A DNA stretch of 61,899 bases from positions 1 to 61,899 of the IMG/VR virus record IMGVR_UViG_3300044703_000081; one strand, written 5' to 3'. The notes beneath the pieces are model-generated. The model ran no database searches and was not told the DNA's origin. It was given only the letters and a program-made list of their open reading frames with translations. Source of the DNA: a virus. Taxonomy: Duplodnaviria > Caudoviricetes. The position numbers were made by a program, and so were the translations under genes. Of the stretch, positions 28,050 to 36,645 are shown in pieces; within the stretch, counting starts at the first letter, position 1; each line of letters begins with the position of its first letter.

Positions 28050-29647
28050 GCGGCCTCTTGCGACTTGCGCTGCGGCTCATCCTTCGGATCGCCGCCGTCC
28101 TTGTTGCCGGCGCTCGGCGGCGGCTCCGGGGGATACGGATCCGGCAGCCCGAGCTTGAGCGCATATTTCCGCTCGCGGGCGCGCTGTTCCATGTTGTCGC
28201 GCCAGTTGATGCCGTAGCCGGCATTCATGGTGGCGAGATTGCCGATGCCGATCGCCTTTTTGGTCTCCTCGGCGCGGGCGGTCTTGAGATCGTCGGCCTG
28301 CGGCTTCGCCGGCCCTTGCCAGCTATGCGCGGTCGCGAACTCCTTCTGCACGAAAAACGCCTCGAGCCCGCCCGGAAATTCGATGCGGCCGGTGCCAACC
28401 TCCTCCTCGAGCCAGGTATCGAGGACCGCGTCGCCGAACGGCACCGGCACGTTGGCGCGGCGCTTTTCGGCGATGCCGTATTCCATCTCGATGCCCATGC
28501 GCGAGGCCGAGTAGGAGGAATTGCGGTAATCGCCGGTGGCGCTCTCGTAGGTGACGCCGGCGCAGCGCGCCAGCTCGCGATAGAGCCAGGCCATCAGCGG
28601 GTCGAAAGTCGCGGCCGGATGATTGTTAGTGTGAAACTGCAGCTCGTCGTTCGGAAACAGATGCGCGATGCGGCCATGTTGCGAAAAGTCGATCTTGGCG
28701 CCGTCGTACCAGTCGCCTTTGAGCTCGCCGAACGCTTCGAGCATATTGCCCTTGCCCTGGTCGCGCTCGGTCAGCATACCCTCGAACGCGGTCTGCCCGG
28801 TGAGGTTGCTCTTGATCGAGGCGGCGAAGATGGTCTGCAGCAGCGACGTCGTCACGGTGGCGTCGAACGACTGGTCGATCTGCCGCGTGGTCTTGAGCAC
28901 GGGCGCCAGCGAGGAAATACCGCGCGTGGCGCCGAGCGACGGCTCGAACACATGCACGATATTGCGGCGGCCGTCGGCGTCGGTCGCCTGGATTTCCACG
29001 TCGTCTTTGAAGCCGTAAGGATTGGTGCGCTCGATGAAGTAGGAGACCGGCGCGCTCCAGCCGTCGACCTTGACGCCCTGCACCACGCGCTCGTACGGCA
29101 AATTTTTCTGCGAGAGCCGCGTCGGCGGCAGCATCAGCACCTTGGTCATGCCAGGGACGCCCGGGCGCTTGATCATCGGCAGCGCCGCCAGCACCTCGCC
29201 GAACACCATCCAGGACGCGTAACCGAGCTGCTTCATCTGCCCGAGCGTCATGCGGCCGCCGGCATCGCAGGCGCGCGGGTTGTTAGCCCAGGAATTGAAG
29301 CGGTTCTCGACGTCTTCGCCCCATTCCGTGGCGCGCTCCTCGCTCCAGCCGAGCGCCTTGGCGTCGGGCGCCAGCGACAGCGTGAGCTTCGGCCCGACCA
29401 CGGACGCGACCGAGTGCTCGACAATGCCGGCGATCATGCCGGAATTCTGGATCTGCTCGCCCATCCGCGCGGCAGCCAGCGGCCAGGCGGCGCGCACGTC
29501 TTCCGAGTGCTCGCGCAGCACCGGCCGCCATCCGAACAGGAACGGCGACTTGTCGTTGCGAAAATAGGCCGCGCTCGGCGTCGGCCGACTCTCGAAGCGC
29601 GGCTCGACGCGGGTGCGCGGGACAAGAGGGACGCTAGTTGTTGCCAT
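28046..29647 (-). CDS. Portal protein (lambda family)
   Basis: HVFEP....RGIS.LAP; YE..TGDY...SYSASR. Confidence 0.92.
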   Translation of the reverse strand: MATTSVPLVPRTRVEPRFESRPTPSAAYFRNDKSPFLFGWRPVLREHSEDVRAAWPLAAARMGEQIQNSGMIAGIVEHSVASVVGPKLTLSLAPDAKALGWSEERATEWGEDVENRFNSWANNPRACDAGGRMTLGQMKQLGYASWMVFGEVLAALPMIKRPGVPGMTKVLMLPPTRLSQKNLPYERVVQGVKVDGWSAPVSYFIERTNPYGFKDDVEIQATDADGRRNIVHVFEPSLGATRGISSLAPVLKTTRQIDQSFDATVTTSLLQTIFAASIKSNLTGQTAFEGMLTERDQGKGNMLEAFGELKGDWYDGAKIDFSQHGRIAHLFPNDELQFHTNNHPAATFDPLMAWLYRELARCAGVTYESATGDYRNSSYSASRMGIEMEYGIAEKRRANVPVPFGDAVLDTWLEEEVGTGRIEFPGGLEAFFVQKEFATAHSWQGPAKPQADDLKTARAEETKKAIGIGNLATMNAGYGINWRDNMEQRARERKYALKLGLPDPYPPEPPPSAGNKDGGDPKDEPQRKSQEAA

Positions 29648-31469
29648 GCAGCCGCCCGACGATCTTTTTCAAGTTGCCCTTCGGCGGATCGAAGCCGGCG
29701 GTGAGCTCGGCCTCGCGGCGGTCATTGTCGAAGCGGCAGATGTGGCGCACGGCGCGGGCATAAACCGACGCGTCGAGCGCTTCCGCCTGCCGGCCGGGGA
29801 TGCGATGCCATTCCACCTTCGGGCGACCACGCAAGACCACGAGCACGCGCCGCTCTGAGGTGAATTGCACGAACCATTCGTTGTCGAGCGTCTCCGAGAA
29901 GCGGATCGCGCCCAATTGCCCACGCTCGATCGATAGAAGCGTGAGGATGTCCTGCTTTCCCTGGTCGGTGCCGACGATGTAGACGGTGGCATCGGCATAT
30001 TTCTTGCGCTTGGCCTTCGAGCGTTCGATCGTCGGCCGCGGACCGCCGGCGCCCTTGATGGCGACGATGCGGCGCGCCGCGCGCGGACCGCAGAAATCGT
30101 AGACCTGCTGGGTGCGGTTGCCGTCACCGCTGTCGACCGCGGCGGCCTCAATGCCGATGCGGTTGCCGAGAGGATGCTTCCACGTCGTCGACAGGAAGGC
30201 GTCGAGCTCGGCCCAGGTCGTCTCCAGGTTGGTGGGGCCGCGAATGATGTGGTGACCGAGCACGAAGTTCTCGGTGCGCGACCAGCCCCACAGCGTGCAT
30301 TCGAAACGATCCGGCTGCACGTCGCAACCGACGGTGATGTAGAGCACGTCGGGCGGGATGTCCTCGCGCCACCGCGACTTCTCTTCGTCCCAGGCAACGC
30401 CGAACTTTTCCGCTCGCGCCATCAGCGCGTGCTCGTCGACATGCTCGAGCGCCGACGACCACGGCAGCGCCAGCACGGTGTTGTAGAAGACCTTCAGATA
30501 GGCGGTGCCGGCGCGCTGCGCTTCCAGATACTCTTGCGCCAGGATGCCCCACGTTGCCTTCGGCTGCAGCGAGATCAGCGTCGGGAAGCGGAAGCCCGCG
30601 TGTCCTTTCACTTCCGGCTTGGTGATGCGGAACGATCCGGCCTCGATCATCGCCGGCTTGTGACGCTCCTCAATCGGCTCCTTGCAGTGCGGACAGCGGC
30701 AGACAGCCAGCTCCGGCTTGCCGTCCGGCCATTCGATGTGCTGCCACTGCGGCTCGAAGAACACGCCGCAGAGCGGGCACGGCCACTCGAAGACGCGCTG
30801 GTCGCTCTCGTTGTAGCGCCGCACGATGATCGAGACGACGTCCTCGGTCGGCGACGATCCGAACACGCCTTTGCGGTCGGCGTAGCTGTCGGTGCGCTTG
30901 ATGCCGAGCTTGATGGGGTCACCCTCGCGGGTGAGCTCCATGGCGTCGACCTCGTCGCCGTAGATCTTCTTGGCCGTGTGGCGGCGCAGGTTGCGCGGTG
31001 AGCGCGCGGCCAGCACTTTCAGCGATCCGCCGCTCGGGAGGTAGCGTTGCGTCAGCGTGTTGCGGGAATCGTAGCGGCCGCCTGGCATCAGCCCGCGCAG
31101 CGCCGGCACTTCGTCGAAGGCCGGATCGATTTCGTCGACCACGAGCCCGCGGGCGTCGTCGTCGGTCGGCATCAGCACGATGACCGCGCACGGGTCGTTC
31201 ACCATGTCGGCGCCGACCGCGGCGCAAACCATGGTGGTGAAGCCGATGCGGGTGCCCTTGACGACGTCAACGAATTCGATGGTCGGGTCGCCGATGGCGT
31301 CGAGGATCTCCCGCTGCGGCTTCCAGGGCCGATAGCGTCCCGGCTGCGCCGAAGAATCCGGCAGCCGCCATTCCTTTGCTGCCCAAGCCGAATACGACAG
31401 CACCGGCGGCGGCCGCAGTGCCTTAGCGACGTCGCGGAAGATCTCGCCCAGAATTAAATTGGCTGACAC
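29634..31469 (-). CDS. Terminase large subunit (lambda gpA family)
   Basis: KGTRIGFT, GDEVD, CPLC/CPHC, GCDVQ, AVDSG, EALD. Confidence 0.95.
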   Translation of the reverse strand: MSANLILGEIFRDVAKALRPPPVLSYSAWAAKEWRLPDSSAQPGRYRPWKPQREILDAIGDPTIEFVDVVKGTRIGFTTMVCAAVGADMVNDPCAVIVLMPTDDDARGLVVDEIDPAFDEVPALRGLMPGGRYDSRNTLTQRYLPSGGSLKVLAARSPRNLRRHTAKKIYGDEVDAMELTREGDPIKLGIKRTDSYADRKGVFGSSPTEDVVSIIVRRYNESDQRVFEWPCPLCGVFFEPQWQHIEWPDGKPELAVCRCPHCKEPIEERHKPAMIEAGSFRITKPEVKGHAGFRFPTLISLQPKATWGILAQEYLEAQRAGTAYLKVFYNTVLALPWSSALEHVDEHALMARAEKFGVAWDEEKSRWREDIPPDVLYITVGCDVQPDRFECTLWGWSRTENFVLGHHIIRGPTNLETTWAELDAFLSTTWKHPLGNRIGIEAAAVDSGDGNRTQQVYDFCGPRAARRIVAIKGAGGPRPTIERSKAKRKKYADATVYIVGTDQGKQDILTLLSIERGQLGAIRFSETLDNEWFVQFTSERRVLVVLRGRPKVEWHRIPGRQAEALDASVYARAVRHICRFDNDRREAELTAGFDPPKGNLKKIVGRLHGNN

Positions 31470-31699
31470 GGCGGTGTCAGTTTGGAGTGAATCCTGGTGC
31501 CGTCAGGAGCGTACCACTCGGTCCAGTGCTGCCACGCCTCGTGCCGCGTCACCTTCATCAGCTTGCAGTCCCAACACACGCGCTCGGTCGTGTGCTCATC
31601 GACCGGATGGCGATCCGACCACGCGTGTTGCTTGCGCTTCTCGATCGAGCTGGTTGCGGGAGCCGGATTTGAACCGGCGACCTCAAGGTTATGAGCCAT
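31454..31699 (-). CDS. Small Cys/His-containing hypothetical protein whose only suitable ATG lies inside the tRNA
   Basis: H.W...TERVCWDCKLMKVTRHE...HWTEW...TPPC looks like a real protein; start uncertain. Confidence 0.5.
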   Translation of the reverse strand: MAHNLEVAGSNPAPATSSIEKRKQHAWSDRHPVDEHTTERVCWDCKLMKVTRHEAWQHWTEWYAPDGTRIHSKLTPPCQPI

Positions 31700-31727
31700 G
31701 CGCGCTACCGGACTGCGCCATCCCGCG
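31651..31727 (-). tRNA. Phage tRNA-fMet-like (CAT), atypical
   Basis: CGCGGGA...CTCATAA...TTCAAAT...TCCCGCAACCA; C1:A72 mismatch; encoded CCA. Confidence 0.85.
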
Positions 31728-31734
31728 TGAACAC

Positions 31735-32183
31735 TCCGACGCCGCGACTGCAAAACTCTCGGAGGGGGCTGGGACCGAGAGCCGAGCAATCGCGACGCCG
31801 AACTGAATGGAAACCGCGCCGCGGGCATCGCGGCGCCGTCTCGATAGAGGCAAAGCCCTGGCCTCCATCAGCGCACCCCCGTCGGCAAGCCGATGGGTGC
31901 ATGGAAAAATCCGAGTGAGACTGGACCGCTCGCTTCCCACCCCGGCTTGGCTGTGGCGGCGTGGTACAATGGAGATTATTTCACTCTCCCACGCCGACGG
32001 CGCTAGCACAGCCTCACGGGCCAAAGCCTCGTCCGTCCGCTCACTCGAAACTTGCGCGGGTCGATGACCTTGAACGGATAAACGAACTGGGCTCGCGCCC
32101 AGCGGACAGCCCCGCAGGTCATCTTTCTGAACACCGAGCCCAACTAACGCGCGCTGCCCGATGAAAAGGCGGCGGCCCATGAA
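31735..32183 (-). ncRNA. Candidate large structured ncRNA
   Basis: At least 8 helices of 7-17 bp with G-U pairs on the minus strand, two crossing; no convincing ORF. Confidence 0.6.
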
Positions 32184-32885
32184 TTAAGATTCCGACAACT
32201 CCGACGGCAACACCGCGCCAGGCACCGCGCCGCCTTCGATCTCGGCGGCGGCATCCTCCAGCCGCTCGCGCACGATGGCGCCGATCGTCACCGTGTCGTG
32301 GGCGGTGAGATGCGGCACCGCGGCGCGGATTTTCGACGGCAGCGACAGGAACGACGTGCGCACGATGGTGGCAAACCGGGTCCAGCCCTCGCGCACGACC
32401 TCGCGCGGGATGTTCTTGCGATCGCGATCGGCCTTGCGGTCGATCAATTCCTGCTGCTTGAGCTGCTCGGTCTTGGCGCGCTCGTCGGCGAGCGAGAGCC
32501 CTTCCGACGTCCGGCCCGCCGCCATCCGGCGCAGGTGATCCATGTAGGCGCGCAGCGACGCCAGCACCGCGAAGCCTTTGCCGCCCTTGTCGTCGGCCCG
32601 CACTAGGATCCCGCGCTCGGCGAGATCGCGCACGAAGCGCGGCGTGATGTTGAACAGCGACGCCAGTTCGGCGCCGCTCGCCGTCTCCGGCAGCGATTCC
32701 ACCAGCCCGACGCGGGCGGCGGACGCGGGCGGCCCCGAAGGCACCGCCCGCTTCCCCTTCCGCTCGCCCACCGAGGGTTTATGAGCTTTTGGCGACTTCG
32801 CCGGTTGTCGTTTCGTTCGTTGGGGCTTTTTGGAGCGCGCTTTTTTTGCTGGCTTGCGCGACGTCCGTTTAGAACCCGAAAGCAT
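32184..32885 (-). CDS. Terminase small subunit (Nu1-like)
   Basis: wHTH ELASLFNITPRFVRDLAERG followed by coiled coil; basic N-terminal extension, start uncertain. Confidence 0.85.
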   Translation of the reverse strand: MLSGSKRTSRKPAKKARSKKPQRTKRQPAKSPKAHKPSVGERKGKRAVPSGPPASAARVGLVESLPETASGAELASLFNITPRFVRDLAERGILVRADDKGGKGFAVLASLRAYMDHLRRMAAGRTSEGLSLADERAKTEQLKQQELIDRKADRDRKNIPREVVREGWTRFATIVRTSFLSLPSKIRAAVPHLTAHDTVTIGAIVRERLEDAAAEIEGGAVPGAVLPSELSES

Positions 32886-33420
32886 GGAGCATGTTGCTCA
32901 CGACGCGGCGCTCGAGGTCGCGCTCGGCGAAGGCCTCGCGCGCCTTCAAGTTGGGCATGTCGCGGCGCATCAGCTCGCTCGGCAGCACCGGACCCCACAA
33001 CATCTGCAACGGTCCGCGCTGCGAGCCGCGGCGGCGGTAGATGCGGCCGCCATAGGCCGCGATCGTGAAGGCGCCGCGATAGGTCTGACCGCGCCAATCG
33101 CCGGCGCGGGCGCCGAGCATGCCGCGTGACCAGGCGCGGTAGGTGAATTCGCCGAGCGGGATCGCCTGATCGGTGAACACCACCGCGGCGTCCATCGCGC
33201 CGGCCGGCGAGGCGAGGCGCACTTTCGAAATGCGCGCCACCCGGCTCGCTGGAATCTTCGTCCCCGCGGCGACGGTGGCGACGGAATCTTTTTCCTGCAC
33301 GCGGATGTGTTCGTTCAAGCCGCGCGCGGCGGCCAGCCGCATCGCCGGAGAATCCAGGCGCTGCACGAAAGTGCCGATTCCCGCCGCCCGGTTCACCGCG
33401 ATCTGGATCTTCACGCCCAT
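32869..33420 (-). CDS. Minor tail protein Z-like
   Basis: RGLN...GAF...GGRIYRR.G..R.PL..LWGP..P.E. Confidence 0.75.
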   Translation of the reverse strand: MGVKIQIAVNRAAGIGTFVQRLDSPAMRLAAARGLNEHIRVQEKDSVATVAAGTKIPASRVARISKVRLASPAGAMDAAVVFTDQAIPLGEFTYRAWSRGMLGARAGDWRGQTYRGAFTIAAYGGRIYRRRGSQRGPLQMLWGPVLPSELMRRDMPNLKAREAFAERDLERRVVSNMLHAFGF

Positions 33421-33504
33421 CGACGCGTCCTTGCTCGCGCTTCGAGTACGAATTTGCCTCGCAGCGCGATTTTTCCCGATTTTTGGCGGAGGTACCCCCT
33501 AAGA

Positions 33505-33575
33505 GACCCTGCCAGCGACCGATATCCCGCGCGGCGGCGGCCTCGCAGGCCTGTGGGGGCGGATACGGTCCCTAC
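33505..33575 (-). other. Possible cos packaging site
   Basis: GGGACCG then, about 20 nt later, GCGAGGCCGCCGCCGCGCGGGATATCGGTCGCT; loosely like lambda cosQ/cosN, upstream of the terminase genes. Confidence 0.4.
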
Positions 33576-33781
33576 GATTTCATGGGCAGCTGCTCGCGGG
33601 CTCGCGCGCGCCAGGTGCACGAGCTCGCGCTCGAGCACTCGACTGCACGCCGCCGGCGCGCAAGGTGTTGCGTCACATGACACGCACCTCGTGGCTGCAG
33701 GACTCAAGCGTCCGCCAGGGCGGCGATAGGTCGGGCAGGTTAGATTGGAATGCGCGTAGGGAAGGGGGAAAGTGCTCACCC

Positions 33782-33819
33782 TGTCAAACCGCCGTTGGGG
33801 GGACAACAGGCGTTTGACA
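33782..33819. promoter_or_regulatory. Inverted repeat carrying two divergent TTGACA boxes; likely late promoter region
   Basis: TGTCAAAC...GTTTGACA with inner CGCC-GTTG/CAAC-GGCG complementarity. Confidence 0.5.
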
Positions 33820-33924
33820 AATAGAGAATGCCATGCCCCGCACCGCGACTCGCATAGCATAAGCACGCCGCAACGCGCGTCCTAACACCCAACAAAAGAA
33901 TGATATTGCACGCTTTTCCTCACT

Positions 33925-33962
33925 TTGTTGGTGCATGCAGACGCGTCCTGTGCTAGACAATT
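33925..33962 (+). promoter_or_regulatory. Candidate promoter of the accessory operon with palindrome GACGCGTC in the spacer
   Basis: TTGGTG...GCTAGACA with CAGACGCGTCCTG between. Confidence 0.35.
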
Positions 33963-34033
33963 CTCAGGAGCGAAGCGCGCTCCACAGCCGCGATTGCGCG
34001 GTATTCCGGGATCACCGGGTAGGAGACGACAAG

Positions 34034-34285
34034 ATGACAATCACCCAAGCCAGAACCACGACACTTCCGGTCTGCATGATCGAGCTGCGCAGCGTCTATG
34101 GCGAATGGAAAGTCTACCCCATTGGCTATGAGGCAAAGCAGTTTGCCGAGATTGCCGGGACCACGACGCTAACGCCTCGCGTGCTGCGCTCAATCGAGCG
34201 CCTGGGTTATCGACTCATGATCGAGAGCGGCGGTTCCGGCAAAGGCCAAGCCGTGCTCGATGCCATGCTCAAGTCAATTCATTGA
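34034..34285 (+). CDS. Hypothetical phage protein
   Basis: AGGAG RBS; VYG...YP....KQFA.IAGT.TLT...LGY. Confidence 0.8.
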   Translation: MTITQARTTTLPVCMIELRSVYGEWKVYPIGYEAKQFAEIAGTTTLTPRVLRSIERLGYRLMIESGGSGKGQAVLDAMLKSIH

Positions 34286-35002
34286 CGTTGCGGCCGGTGG
34301 CCGGCGCAGCCCGGCCACTCCCGGAACGCCAGTGTTCCCGTCGCCCGCGATCGTGCGGGGACGTTTTGGAGGTCTCAGTCATGGGTACAAGGTCCGATAT
34401 CATCGTGCAGCTGGGGAACGGCACGTGGAAGCGAATCTACTGCCATTGGGATGGCTATCTGGCGCACAACGGCCGCATCCTGTTCGATCACTACACGTCG
34501 CAAAAACAGGCGGAGCAGCTGGTCGCGCCCGGCGACATGTCATCGCTGGAAAAGGACTGCAGCAAGCCGAAGGGCCACAGCTTCGACAAGCGGGTCAAGG
34601 GCTATTGCGTCTACTACGGCCGCGACCGCGGCGAAAAGGACGTGGCCGGCACCACCGGCGACACCCTGCAGGCGGTGTGGCCGGAGGATAGCGGCACCGA
34701 ATTCACCTACGTTTGGAAGGATGGCAAGTGGTGGGTCGGTGATCCGGATGAAGGCACGCAGACCTTGATCGACTTGGGCGATGCTCTCACCGGCAAGCGC
34801 ACCTTGCAGCCGGCCGTGAAATGCTTCGGCGTCAGCACCGTCATCGGCAAGCACGCCGCCCATGACCCGGCCAAGCCCGATCATCACACCTGGACCAGCT
34901 ATTTGTGACGTTGCGGCCGGGCGGTGCGCCGCGGCGCACCGCCTCCCGGAACGCCACCGTTCCCGCCCCGCGATCGTGCGGGGCGATCAGGAGGAAAGAG
35001 GG
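34283..35002 (+). repeat. Two copies of a ~97-nt structured intergenic element (34283-34380, 34906-35002)
   Basis: TGACGTTGCGGCCGG-[variable hairpin]-CTCCCGGAACGCCA..GTTCCCG..CCCGCGATCGTGCGGGG..GGAGG. Confidence 0.85.
34381..34908 (+). CDS. Hypothetical phage protein (YCHWDGY family)
   Basis: MGTRS.I...IYCHWDGY...G..L..HY; GGAGG RBS. Confidence 0.85.
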   Translation: MGTRSDIIVQLGNGTWKRIYCHWDGYLAHNGRILFDHYTSQKQAEQLVAPGDMSSLEKDCSKPKGHSFDKRVKGYCVYYGRDRGEKDVAGTTGDTLQAVWPEDSGTEFTYVWKDGKWWVGDPDEGTQTLIDLGDALTGKRTLQPAVKCFGVSTVIGKHAAHDPAKPDHHTWTSYL

Positions 35003-35482
35003 ATGAATACATTCACCGACCGCGAGCTCGGCACCGTGCTCGCCGCGCTGCGCACTTGGCAGCGGCATCACGCCAGACAGATGTTCACCAGCGACACCCG
35101 GCTGCCAGAAGATGACATCGCGACCGTCGGCCGCACCCTGCATCCGCTCACCGTCGAGGAAATCGACGCCCTGTGCGAGCGGCTCAACACGCCGAGCACC
35201 GCCCCGGTGATCGCCATCGCCCTCGACGGCGGCGTGGTGCAATCGGTGGTGAGCGACGATCCCCGCCTGCAGGGCATCGACGTGCTGGTGATCGACTATG
35301 ACGCCGAAGGCGCCACCGAACTCTACCAAGTGCGACAGACCGGCGCCGGCCATGCAGCCGACGACAAGGCCTACGCCGCGCTCTCCGATCACGCCATCGG
35401 CGCGGCCGACGGCATTGCGCTCGCCGAGACCTGGGAACAGTTCTGCAAGCACGGTCCGCTTCCCGTGGCGGAGGGCGCGTGA
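35003..35482 (+). CDS. Hypothetical acidic protein
   Basis: AGGAGG RBS; RELGTVLAALR.WQ; GGVVQ.V...VIDYD. Confidence 0.8.
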   Translation: MNTFTDRELGTVLAALRTWQRHHARQMFTSDTRLPEDDIATVGRTLHPLTVEEIDALCERLNTPSTAPVIAIALDGGVVQSVVSDDPRLQGIDVLVIDYDAEGATELYQVRQTGAGHAADDKAYAALSDHAIGAADGIALAETWEQFCKHGPLPVAEGA

Positions 35483-35483
35483 C

Positions 35484-36074
35484 ATGCACAACGACAATGA
35501 GCCGCTCTACAGCCCCGGCAATGCCGGAAAGCTTGGCGCACCTTGGGTCATCGTGCGCGACGATGACGAAGCGATCGAGGTGTTCGACTGCCGCCGGGAA
35601 ATCGTCTGGCTGGAAGATTGGTCAAACCTGCCGGCCGATGAATACACCGAGGCCGAAATCGTCCAGGCCAAGGCGGAAGGCCGCGCCCGCATCGCCGCTA
35701 TCGTCGCGGCGATCAACGGCGCCGCCGAACGCCCGGCCGGCTTCGAAGCCTTCAAGGCCGGCCAGCCGGCACGGGCGATCTTCCGCGCCTTGGGCTTGAG
35801 CGAATATCTGGAAGCCGCCACCAGCTGGCGCGTGCTGCGCATGCTGATCGTGCAGTTCAACGATTGCGACAAGGGCAACTTCGTGGCGTTGGCGCGCCGT
35901 TACGACGGCGTCTGCAGCTCCGGCGAGCGCGTGCTGTTGCATGCCATCTGCTACGTCACCGACTTCGCCTGGCTCGCCGACGAGCTCGGCGGCAAGCGCG
36001 TCTGGCAGAACATGCACCGCGCCAGCGGCGAGTGGCGGCAGGCCGTTGTCGCCTGCATCGCGGCGGAGGTGTGA
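35484..36074 (+). CDS. Hypothetical protein
   Basis: Adjacent to upstream stop; GGAGG RBS; coding-like codon usage. Confidence 0.75.
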   Translation: MHNDNEPLYSPGNAGKLGAPWVIVRDDDEAIEVFDCRREIVWLEDWSNLPADEYTEAEIVQAKAEGRARIAAIVAAINGAAERPAGFEAFKAGQPARAIFRALGLSEYLEAATSWRVLRMLIVQFNDCDKGNFVALARRYDGVCSSGERVLLHAICYVTDFAWLADELGGKRVWQNMHRASGEWRQAVVACIAAEV

Positions 36075-36075
36075 C

Positions 36076-36645
36076 ATGGACAATACTCACCCGCGCGCCA
36101 TCGTCGCCCAATTCCACAAGGATTCAGGCGGTCGGCTGACGATGTTTTCACTGACGGTCATTGAGCACGGCACCGAGCGCGATGGACGCGAATACCTCTG
36201 TCGAAAGACTTACGACGTCGATCACTCACGGGCGTATGGCTATCTGTTCCATCAAAGCGGTGGTGGAGGTTCGCTCCCCGTCAATGTGCAGGGAATCTAC
36301 TTCGCCAGCGGCGATGTCGAGATCGAGGAAAAGCCGACCCAGCTCGTAGACGCGCGCGACAAGCCGCCGTGGCGGGGAAAAAAGACCCGCGCGATCCGCA
36401 AGCGCAACCGGACGCGCCGCCTGCCCAGGCTCCCCAAAGCCTGGACTCTTGAGCCCGGCTGGGACTTGCTGGACTGGATGCACCACAACGCGATTGAGCA
36501 GCGCGCCGTTTGGTGCTCGACGTGTCGCGACCGGTTTCCCGAAGATAGCCTGTGCGAGCATTGCTGGTGGTGCAACGTGAACGGCTGGTATTCGACCCCA
36601 GCCGAACGCTGCGAGTGCAAGGACCGCGAGGAGTGCTACGGATGA
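36076..36645 (+). CDS. Hypothetical protein with Cys-rich C-terminus
   Basis: CSTC, CEHC, CEC motifs; GGAGG RBS. Confidence 0.7.
   Translation: MDNTHPRAIVAQFHKDSGGRLTMFSLTVIEHGTERDGREYLCRKTYDVDHSRAYGYLFHQSGGGGSLPVNVQGIYFASGDVEIEEKPTQLVDARDKPPWRGKKTRAIRKRNRTRRLPRLPKAWTLEPGWDLLDWMHHNAIEQRAVWCSTCRDRFPEDSLCEHCWWCNVNGWYSTPAERCECKDREECYG

Noticed and set aside
31651-31665. Internal tRNA as a prophage boundary (two tandem elements)
   Set aside because: It mismatches the att core and is flanked by terS and terL of the same packaging module.
32060-32150. HDV-like (theta) ribozyme or group I/II intron in the terS-terL gap
   Set aside because: The pseudoknot order resembles HDV but the P1.1 pairing and catalytic J4/2 motif are missing, it lies 5' of the tRNA, and no intron consensus ends or split exons are seen.
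31689-32180. 163-aa ORF as a protein-coding gene
   Set aside because: No RBS, Ser/Arg-rich non-protein-like composition, runs into the tRNA; better explained by RNA structure, though not excluded.
34283-35002. Repeats as a CRISPR array, RNA anti-CRISPR or integron attC sites
   Set aside because: Only two copies, separated by a whole gene, and no cas or intI. The resemblance of GTTCCC..CCCGC..GCGGGG to type I-E repeats is partial (longer hairpin, no 3' handle), and the GTT/AAC order is opposite to attC.
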